From Octopus vulgaris (Eukaryota), in assembly GCA_951406725.2 (NCBI GenBank), contig OX597818.1, forward strand, positions 38,936,001-39,000,000: a stretch of 64,000 nt of DNA, written 5' to 3'. Under the pieces are notes generated by a model. The model was not told the origin of the DNA. It did no database searches and saw only the letters and a program-made list of their open reading frames with translations. Positions 52,791 to 64,000 of the stretch are shown here, one piece after another (positions within the stretch are counted from its first letter, which is position 1; every line of letters starts with the position of its first letter). Position numbers and translations under genes: made by a program.

Positions 52791-53270
52791 AGATAAGACA
52801 GTAAGGTGTGATTTGAGGGAGATTTGGCTGCTATTTCTACCATGTCTAGCTGCCATGTAGGGTCTCCCTCATAGGCTCATACATACATATATACATAGAT
52901 AAGACAGTAAGGTGTGATTTGGGGGAAATTTGGCTGCTATTTCTACCAGGTCTAGCTGCCATGTAGGGGTCTCCCTCATAGGCTCATACATACATATATA
53001 CATAGATAAGACAGTAAGGTGTGATTTGGGGGAAATTTGGCTGCTATTTCTACCAGGTCTAGCTGCCATGTAGGGGTCTCCCTCATAGGCTCATACATAC
53101 ATATATACATAGATAAGACAGTAAGGTGGTGATTTGGGGGAAATTTGGCTGCTATTTCTACCAGGTCTAGCTAGCATGTAGAGGTCCCCCTCATTGGCTC
53201 ATATATATATACATACATAAGACAGTAAGGTGTGATTTGAGGGAGATTTGGCTGCTGTTTCTACCAGGTC
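52791..53270. repeat. ~106-107-bp minisatellite, about 4.5 copies
   Basis: Units start at 52791, 52897, 53004, 53111 and ~53217 (AGATAAGACAGTAAGGTGTGATTTG..GGCTGCTATTTCTACC). Confidence 0.93.
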
Positions 53271-53636
53271 TGTTAGGCCTTCTCATGTAAACTCAAGCTT
53301 TCTCATGCCTTGAACATAAGACCAAAGCAGAGAATGTATTCTTTTATTCTTCTGCTTTTTCCAGCCATTGGTCTGTGGCCATGCTGGGGCAATGCCTTGA
53401 AGAATTGTAGTTTAATGAATCAACTCCAGTTTTATTTTTGTAAGCATTGTACTTATTCTATCTGTTTCCTTTGTCAAACCACTAGGTGACAGGGATGTAA
53501 ACAAACCAACATTCGTTGTCAAGCAGTGGTGGAGGACAATCACAAGCACAGACACGCACACACACACACATACATGCATACACATATACACACATACATA
53601 CATACATACATATATATATATGTGTGTATATATATA

Positions 53637-53893
53637 TTGCAGCGTGGAAGGTGTTTGTAAGCCATTTAAGAAACACACAAAAACCGTTACATTCACTTCA
53701 ACATTTAAATTTAATTTGCCAAAATATTTTCGTTGCTTTGAGACCGCGACCTGTTTACTGACAAAAATATCGTGCTAACAGGTCGCGGTCTTAAAGCGAC
53801 GAAAATATTTTGACAAATTTAATTTAAATGTTGAAGTGAATCTAACGGTTTTTGTGTTTCTTAAATGGCTTATAAACACCTTCAACGCTGCAA
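53637..53893. repeat. Near-perfect hairpin (arms ~118 bp, loop ~22 nt)
   Basis: TTGCAGCGTGGAAGGTGTTT...GACCGCGACCTGTT pairs with AACAGGTCGCGGTC...AAACACCTTCAACGCTGCAA. Confidence 0.92.
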
Positions 53894-54055
53894 CTGTTTT
53901 CGTTCCAGCACACGATCTCAGATCAAGTCACTTGCTATGCAAGTACATCTCTGTAACTATATATATATTTATATATATATATATATGTATATTGGTAAAA
54001 ACAGTAAGATAACAAAAGAAAGAAAGAGACCTCAATATTATGTAAATAGAGGAAA

Positions 54056-54447
54056 TCTTTATATATAAAAGTGAGGTTGTGTGTCTGTCTCCTACGATTT
54101 AGATTCCTAACAACTCCCACATTTTGCGGTGCAGTTTAACCAAAACCGGGTATCTTATAGTCGTGATTCATATCGAGACCGTCTGGGTATTAGCACGCGT
54201 CTACGATGAGTCTACGATTTAAAAAAAATTTACCATCAATTTTTCCCATTTTTAATCCATTTTTGACATATATAAGGGAAGTAACTCTCTAAAATTTATT
54301 ATTAAATCTCAGAACGTAAAAAGCTACAGTAACACCCCCCCCTTTCTGGTTAGCCATATTGAGATGGCTATTATACTTTACATCTCTAAAAATGCTTATA
54401 TAATTATTTCCCTTACAAACCCGAGCAACGCCGGGCGATACTGCTAG
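54056..54447 (+). mobile_element. Non-autonomous Helitron
   Basis: 5' A|TCTTTATATATAAAAG. 3' hairpin CCCG-AGCAACGC-CGGG, 8 nt, then CTAG|T. No TSD. Confidence 0.85.
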
Positions 54448-55514
<1,067 letters not shown>

Positions 55515-56770
55515 ACCGATGTCATCTACCTTGATTTCAGTAAGGCCTTCGACAGGGTCGATCACAAGATCCTATTGAAAAAACTATCCAACATTGGTGT
55601 CTCTGGAAAGTTACTGAAATGGATTAAGTGTTTCCTGACAGACAGATCTCAACATGTTGTAGTTGAAGGGGTAAAATCAAGCCCAGCCAAAGTCAGTAGT
55701 GGCGTTCCACAAGGCACTGTGCTGGGCCCACTTCTTTTCATCATTTACATTAATGACATTAATGACATCATCAAGCACAGCAACATAAAAATCTTTGCAG
55801 ATGACTCCAAGCTACAGAAGGTCATAAATGAGGCGAGTGACCGGACATGCCTTCAGTCAGATCTACTGGCTGTTATCCAATGGGCAGAAAAAACAATATG
55901 CTGCTGAACGAGGATAAATTTGAGCTAATCCACTTTGGAAAAGAGGATGCCCTGAAACTCCCATACTCCCTTCCTTCAGGTGAAACTCTCACGGCGTCCA
56001 ACAACATCAGAGACTTGGGAGTAATTGTGGACAACAACGTAAGCTGGGCCACTCATATAAACACCAAAGTTGACATGGCCCGCAGAATGTGTTCCTGGAT
56101 TCTCAGAACTTTCCAGTCGAGAGATATCCACACCATTATCCTTCTCTTCTCCACTTTTGCCCGACCCCACCTTGAATACTGTTGTCCACTGTGGTCTCCC
56201 CACACAATACAAGGTATCATAAAAGTTGAAGCACCTCAAAGGGCAATCACAAAAAAGATAGATGGCATGACAGGCCTCGACTATTGGGGTCGGCTAGAAA
56301 AGCTAAAACTCTATTCTCTCCAACGTCGTCGTGAGCGCTACATCATCTGCATGATGTGGAAAATATTCCATCAGCATTGCCCAAATGATGTTGGCATCAC
56401 CTTTAAGGTACATCCAAGGCTTGGGCCCCGTGCCATCCGCCCAAAACAAAAATCGCACTCTCATCTCATAACAACAATACGGCACAATTATTTCACCTCA
56501 ATTGGCCCCGCTCTCTTTAACATTACACCAAAACACATTAAGACAGAAACTGACCCTATAGGGTTCAAGAAGTCTTTGGACAGATTCCTTCAAGAAATCC
56601 CAGATAAACCCCCTACACCCGGATATGTCTCTGTAAACAATAACTCTCTACTTGAGTGGGCCATAGTGCCCAAATTCTGACTTGAAAGACTTCACCAGGT
56701 GGTGCTATTAAGTTAGACATGGCCTGGGCCAATAATGGCCGAAACCTATCAAAGTATCAAAGTATCAAAG
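55515..56770 (+). mobile_element. Young 5'-truncated CR1-group LINE (RT to 3' tail)
   Basis: Reads [66 protein letters not shown], stop at 56680. A single -1 A at ~55890. Tail is (TATCAAAG)3. Confidence 0.95.
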
Positions 56771-57336
<566 letters not shown>

Positions 57337-58057
57337 CTAGATGAGGTACCCAGTAATATCTGGGAACGGCGATATTCCCAGTACCCATTACAATGCCTAA
57401 TTTCTCTCAGCTGAAAAATGAAATCCAGACATAGGACAGATAATAGAAGGCATAAGCAAATTCATTCATAAAACAATAATACAAATAAAAACATGTAGAA
57501 TCAGAAAGTGACAATCGTTTGGTCATATGAGTGGAAAGCTGCAAATATATAATCAATGGAAACATCAAGAAGTGAATTGTAAAGGAGTGCAATGAAAAAA
57601 AAAGAACATAAAAGTTTGGAAAGTAATCAAAAATTATTTAGAGAAAAGAGATTTTATACTTACAAAAATGGCTGCAGTGCAGAGGCAACAATGTAGAGGT
57701 CATAATAGTCGTAAGATGCTATGAGGACGAAAAAAGGCATATAAAAAATGACGATTTTTATCGTTTTGGGGCAAATTCTCTTGCAACCTGAGAAGAAATT
57801 TTAAGTGCACATGCATTGTGTTTCATGGGTATAGTTCCACTGATCATGAGAATTAAATGCCAAGTGCAACGTTTAGAATTGATAATTTTAAATGCAGGTG
57901 TTAAGAAAATACATTGCATGTTTCAGCACACAATGCTGCAACATTTAGAATCAACAATTTTAAGTGCAGGTGTTAAGAAAATACATGTTACAGCAACCTG
58001 AGAATGCTGAAACAATTGATGAACATTTTAACCCCACAACAATTTAGGTCAAATTTT

Positions 58058-58060
<3 letters not shown>
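57337..58060 (-). mobile_element. Probable Helitron 3' end (5' boundary uncertain)
   Basis: Minus strand: hairpin CCCAG-ATATTA-CTGGG, 8 nt, then CTAG|T. Internal ~70-bp tandem duplication at 57865-57990. Confidence 0.55.
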
Positions 58061-58121
<61 letters not shown>

Positions 58122-58499
58122 TTATTGTATACAGTGCTCAGGTGCACCACAACTTGTCAAAAAGTGCGTTAATGTACAAATGTCTGGAAAGCGAACAGTG
58201 TACGAGTCAGATACATCCTTGCATGTGTATGGAGGGGAGAAAATCAGGTGTAGCGTTGGTGAATCTCAGAAAGCATGGAAGTTTTGAAGGATGCAGTGCT
58301 CCAACAACTAATAACAATCAGTCAATCAAAAATCATCTTAAGCTTTGCTTCAGTGGCCTAGGTAAAAATTTATTTGTCTCAACCTGTCCTTAGCACATAT
58401 TTCATCTGTGTATAAAATTTCAAGAAAACTTTAAAAGTTATGGCAGAAAATAGCATTCATATGAGAATTTGCATTGAAATGTCCTGTTGATTTTGGATG

Positions 58500-59275
58500 T
58501 GCAATGTCAGTGTGCACACATGACAGAGTTTAAGTGCCCTGAGAGATGTTGGACATAGGAAGTATCAGATGTGGTGTGCAAGAGAGATGAGTGCACTGGT
58601 ATGGCCATGTGCTATGTATGGATGAAGAGACTTGTGTGGAAGGAATCCATGGAAGAGATAGACACAGGAAGACATGGGATGAGGTGGTGAAGCATGACCT
58701 TCGAACGTTGGGCCTCACAGAGGCAATGACAAAAGACCAAGACCTCTGGAGATATGCTGTGATTGAGAAGATCCAGCAAGGAAAGTGAGATCACAGCTGT
58801 AGCCTACACCAGTGTTGAATAAGCAGCCCATTTAAAAAGTACCTTTGAATCATCGGGTGACATGCTATGCTTGAGGAGGCCTATTGAGTCAAGTAAATCA
58901 AATCAAATCACAATTAAGTGGAAATTGTAGTTGTGGCCGTTACCAGTGCTGGTGGTACGCAATAAGCACCATTCATGCATGGGTCGCTGCCAGATCTACC
59001 TGACTGGCTCCCTGTGCTGGTGGCATGTAAAAAGCACCATCTTAACGGGGGTTGATGCCAGCCCCCCACCCCCACCCCGACTGGCTCCTGTGCCAGTGGT
59101 ATGTAAAAGCACCCACTACACCCTCGGAGTGGTTGGCGTTAGAAAGGGCATCCAGCTGTAGAAACATTGCCAGATCAGACTGGAGCCTGGTGTGGCCTCC
59201 TGACTAGCCAGTCCCCAGTCAAACCGTCCAACCAATGCCAGCAAGGAAAATGGACATTAAACGATGATGATGATG
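58500..59275 (+). mobile_element. RTE LINE 3' end with long UTR
   Basis: Reads HWYGHVLCMDE..RKTWDEVVKHDLRTLGL..DLWRYAV. The UTR ends in (GAT)n. Confidence 0.82.
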
Positions 59276-59430
59276 TATATATACATATACACGTATACAT
59301 ACTAACATACATACACATACATACACACACACACATACATACATACATACATACATACATACATACACCTGTATTATCTATATTTCTGTATATCTTGCTT
59401 AATTTGTTTTTTTTTATTATTATTTTTCAG

Positions 59431-59545
59431 ATTAATGGACAGCTAAATCTTTTTCCAATACCACGAAACAATCCATATACTTCGGTCACACTTCAAGCTA
59501 AAGACAGAGATACCTTAAATTCAGCTTTAGAACTTTCTATTGAGA
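59431..59545 (+). CDS. PCDH15: Cadherin coding exon (EC3-like, AxDxD)
   Basis: TTTTTCAG acceptor and GTAAGC donor, phase 0-1. Reads INGQLNLFPIPRNNPYTSVTLQAKDRDTLNSALELSIE. Confidence 0.88.
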
Positions 59546-59678
59546 GTAAGCATATTTAATTTCTATTCCACCAAAGCTGTTCTACTCATAATTTAATAGT
59601 TATGGTAACTTTTATAGTATTAGGGCATAAAATGTTTGAACATTTTTGTATTAATATAATTTTCTCAACAATTCTCAG

Positions 59679-59843
59679 GTGTAGGAGTGGCTGTGTGGTA
59701 AGTAGCTTACTTACGAACCACATGGTTCCAGGTTCAGTCCCACTGTGTGGTACCTTGGGCAAGTGTCTTCTGCTATAGCCTTGGGCCGACCAAAGCCTTG
59801 TGATGGATTTGGTAGATGAAAACTGAAAGAAGCCTGTCGTATA

Positions 59844-59889
<46 letters not shown>

Positions 59890-60120
59890 TATGTATGTGT
59901 GTGTATATGTTTGTGTGTCTGTGTTTGTCCCTCTAGCATTGCTTGACAACCGATGCTGGTGTGTTTACGTCCCTGTCACTTAGTGGTTTGGCAAAAGAGA
60001 CCAATAGAATAAGTACTAGGCTTACAAAGAATAAGTCCTGGGGTCGATTTGTTTGACTAAAGGTGGTGCTCCAGCATGGCCACAGTCAAATGACTGAAAC
60101 AAGTAAAAGAGTAAAAGAGT
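59679..60120 (+). mobile_element. SINE family A
   Basis: Full-length copy with the same head, CORE-like segment and tail. Confidence 0.88.
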
Positions 60121-60344
60121 AATTAAATGGTTGTTGTTAGAAAAAGACCAATCTGGTTTTGTACCTCCTCCCCTCTGGCATTCCTAATCCAGTTGTCTCT
60201 CCACCTCTTGCCACCTCTTTTTTGTTAACCACTCAAGCTCTGCACAACCCACTATATCTAACTCTTCCTCCCCAGAGCATTGTCCCTCTGGAATCTCCTC
60301 CCTGCTCATGTTTTTCCTGCAGTTGTTGATTTGCAATGGTTTAA

Positions 60345-60555
60345 CCCTTTCGTTACCAACCCAGCTGAAACTGGCTCTGGCTCTTTAGTATAAATGTCTT
60401 GTTTTGAATTCAAATCTTCCACCAAACCTTAGTCACAATTTATGTTCCTAACACTAGCTTAATGATAATGAAGTTATTTTACTAAATTCTTTGTTATATT
60501 TAAAATAATTGAAAGAAACACAGTACATCTCAAAATAAATACAGTAATGAAAGGG
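60345..60555. mobile_element. piggyBac-type MITE
   Basis: TTAA on both sides. TIRs CCCTTTCGTTAC and GTAATGAAAGGG (11/12 match). Confidence 0.85.
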
Positions 60556-61527
60556 TTAAGTAGAACAATAACAGCATCAACTTCACCTGTCCATGAAGGC
60601 CCTGCAACAGCTATGACCACTCCCACTAGCAAAAAGAAAATGCAAGTAGGAAATACATAGTGAACTTAGAGAAAAGGTTGAGGGTAACTGAATTGAGAAA
60701 TGCACTGAAATAGTTATGGCATTGACAGATGAATATAGGAAAGGATAATTATTGTTTTGGCCATGTAGCACAAATAGTATGTCATAAACTGGTGGTAAAT
60801 GGTTACTACAGCAAGAACACTGAGCATGTAAAATGCAATTTGGATGCATTTGCCTGGTATGGAATTTAATATACATGAAAAGGAATTATATAACAGACTG
60901 TCAAAGTTTTGTCCATATGGAGAATGCATATAGAATGGCTGTGATAATGATAATCTTCTCTACTCTAGGCACAAGGCCCAAAATTCTTGGGGATCGATCC
61001 TAGTACACAACTGGTACTTAACTTATCAACCCCGAAAGGATAAAAGGCAAAGTTGACCCCAGCATAATGATGGTGATGACACTGATGAGAGTATTAGTGA
61101 TAGTGATGATGAGCTGAGTGATGATGAGATTGCTGATACTAACATTAACAATGCTAATGCCGACATTAATAAGAAAATATAGAAGGAAAAGGCGAATTTA
61201 TCAGGATCCACATATATATCTATTTTGAAACTATATTACACTCACAAAAGAGGTTACCATCATTAAACCAGAATATAACAATATCCTTGATAGCTCCACA
61301 TTTAAGGTATCATATTTAAGCAAATTTTAAAATGTCAAGCTATACAATAAGTAGTTTTCAGTATTCACGCTTCTCAGTGTCTACAGCTCAGCACTAGTGG
61401 ACCTAGAATGCTCTGTTGTTGTTGTTGTTAAGCAACAAGATGGGTAAGGGTGATTAGGTGATGGTCTAGGGCTTACAGGCGGGAGACCCCAGACCTTGGA
61501 AAAAAAAAACTTTGGTCATCTTGTTGT

Positions 61528-61940
61528 AGTTAGTTAGTTAGTTAGTTAATTTTTTGGCTCAAAAAGCAAAAAGCAAGGCCATGTAGGGGGACATGGAGTT
61601 TTGTACAGGGTGGTGTTCATGTAAAGAGTTCAGGCCACTTGTGGTCAAGGGAGACTTTGAACCGAGCGGTCATTGGCATCTTCACTATCTCGTCCGGCAG
61701 CTTATTCCACAGATCCGCAACCTGGACGGAGAAAGTCCCTCTCCTTCGATTGAGATGAAATCATTGCAGATAGAGCTTTTTGGAGTGACCCCGCAGCCGA
61801 CGCTCTGGAGCAGGAGTGAAGAACAGCTCTTTCGAGAGGTTACACTTTCCGCTTATGATGTTGTGAGCAAGAATGAGATCACCACTGTGTCGTCGTTTTT
61901 CTAGAGAATAAAGGTCGAGCGTCTTCAGCCTTTCTTCGTC
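61528..61940 (-). mobile_element. CR1 LINE 3' fragment with (TAAC)n tail
   Basis: Reads EERLKTLDLYSLEKRRHSGDLI..RRLRGHSKKL..FSVQVADLWNKLPDEIV..FKVSLD. Confidence 0.92.
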
Positions 61941-62883
61941 GAGGGCTCTTCATTGATGCCAACACCACTGGGAGGTGGCCCTCAAAGTCGCTGGAAATGG
62001 AGATCTCCAGATTCAAATTCTTGGACACCCAGAATGCTCTCGTTTATATTTAGTGTATCACACACAAATTCCACTATCAGGACAATATCTTGCTCACAGT
62101 TCTCTCATGATATAATATTTAAATGCTTTTCTTAAGCCTCAAAGATCTGTAAAGAATGCTTGTCTTTGTTTTCATGATATTAAGACAGTTTCCACCACCC
62201 CAGATATGATGCAGTTCATATCAAGATACACTGAGACATCGTAGTATGAAATGTTTAACTCAGAAATACAGTGAAGTATATTAATAGATTTGAAAATTTT
62301 ATATATTTTGTAAGTATAGACGCAAGCACAAATAGGCACAGCTGTGGCTGTGAGGTCAAGAAGCTTGCTTTACTGCCATATAGCTTCCAGTTCAGTCCTA
62401 CTTCATGGCACCTTGGCAAAGTGCTTTTTACTTTAGCCCCAGTCAAGCAAAGCTTCGTGAGTGCATTTGATTAATGGTAATTGAAAGAAACCTACCTTAT
62501 ATATATTCATGTGTGTGTGTTTGTGTGTGTGTGTGTGCATGTGTATGTGTGTGTTTGTTCGTATTTCTTTGTCCTGACACCATGTGATAATTGTAAATGA
62601 GTGTCACTGTCACACAAGCAGTGTTGGTGACAAGAAGTGTATCTAGCCATTGAGAACCTGCCTCAATAAACACCTGATAACTCAGATGCAATCATGGAAA
62701 AGTAGATGTTCAAATTATGATTTTACTATTATCTGTATTGTCACACAAAGTTGTGAGAATAGTTGCTTCCAACAAGGTTTGCTTAAATATGTAATATTAA
62801 GTTGAAAGAAAGATCTGAACTCATGTATATAGAGTGACCTAAAATTTAAAAACTGACGATTTTATTTGTCTTTCTCTTTTTAG

Positions 62884-63002
62884 CTGCAAGTCTGAAAGAT
62901 AAATTCTCAGTACAACGATCTACTTCCTTAAATGGATATCAATGGGTTCTCACTCAAATAAAACCAATTGCTACTCAAGGCACATATCAAATGATAGTTA
63001 GA
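62884..63002 (+). CDS. PCDH15: Cadherin coding exon (second half of EC3-like repeat)
   Basis: Branch-point-like CTGAC, polypyrimidine tract, TAG acceptor and GTAAGT donor, phase 1-0. Reads TASLKDKFSVQRSTSLNGYQWVLTQIKPIATQGTYQMIVR. Confidence 0.88.
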
Positions 63003-63401
63003 GTAAGTTTTAAATTTCAGAATGTTTTTACTGTTGAATGCAAATTCATAACATTTACAAAAGTTTATTCTTCATATTCTGTTTTATGTGCTTCAGACCA
63101 ATCATTTTTTACTTTATTTTATAATGCATTCATTATATTTTTGAAATATATTATTCATTTTGTTTAATAAGCAGTTATTCAGAGTTGTGTCAACCAATGC
63201 TAAATGTTTTATCATCTCAGCTCATTTTATTTAAATGTTCAATATTGTGATATTTTATTTCTCCTATTTCTGCACAATTGTATATTTATACTGATTTTAT
63301 GATAAATCTACACATCTTGGTCTATGAGATGAAGAAATTTTTGCTTGCATTCTTAACAATATTTCTCAAATTCATGTCTTTTTTCTACTCCTTTAATTTA
63401 G

Positions 63402-63596
63402 GTTGAAGAACAAAATTATAATAAGCGGTATGCCACAGCAATTATAAACTTGAATGTGAAGCCACAAGATAACTTTAAACCTGAGATTGGTTCACCATCT
63501 ACAGGTTATATATATGAGAATTCACCTCCTGGCACATTGGCTCTTAATAAAGATATAAATGGTCCCATGATAATTACAGTATTGGATAAAGATTTA
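63402..63596 (+). CDS. PCDH15: Cadherin coding exon (EC3-EC4 linker and start of EC4); gene continues past the window
   Basis: TTTAG acceptor and GTAAGC donor, phase 0-0. Reads VEEQNYNKRYATAIINLNVKPQDNFKPEIGSPSTGYIYENSPPGTLALNKDINGPMIITVLDKDL (xEN..GT and DxD cadherin motifs). Confidence 0.92.
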
Positions 63597-64000
63597 GTAA
63601 GCATAATTTGACTTTTAATGAGTTACAACACTTGAAATGGTTTAGAATATTTCTTGTGAATAAACTTTTCTATTTCTGTTAACCAATCGACCATCTTCAC
63701 AATAGTTCAGATTTTGTTATGACTGCTGTATTCCTTACAAAGGCATGTTACTTTGCTTGTATTAATACACTGAAAATGTAGCACCTATTCATTGTTAAGT
63801 TTAATGTATTAAGTCAGACAATTGTAAAAAGACTTGCACTTACGTATATTATGCAAATATCCAGATTTATAAAGTAAATGAATGGCCGTTGACTCAGATA
63901 ATCCTTTGTCTGTATGTTGATGAAATCAGGTCACTTCTCATCACTCTTGTTTCCATAAATGCAGTAAACCAGTGATTGATCTGTTGGAAACCTACAACTA

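Noticed and set aside
52791-53270. Regular repeats as a possible CRISPR array
   Set aside because: The units are wholly repeated with no unique spacers, the context is eukaryotic, and there are no cas genes.

Overview
AT-rich eukaryotic genomic DNA, most likely from an octopus (inferred from the SINE repertoire and extreme microsatellite load). There are no prokaryotic features, and most of the supplied ORFs are microsatellite artefacts. One host gene is supported: the 5' part of a multi-exon, signal-peptide-bearing cadherin on the + strand. It has six phase-compatible coding exons at 44279-63596 and runs off the window. It best resembles protocadherin-15/Cad99C, and exons appear to be missing around the 100-N gap at 52182-52281. 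The rest is transposon-derived: a decayed SPIN/GTF2IRD2-type hAT element with a nested telomere-repeat MITE, CR1-, RTE- and R4/Dong-clade LINE pieces, a Penelope GIY-YIG fragment, several hammerhead-like remnants, Helitrons, piggyBac MITEs, foldback hairpins and several modular tRNA-SINE families. Many insertions sit in (TA)n or (TAA)n tracts. Family assignments come from motif recognition, not database searches.
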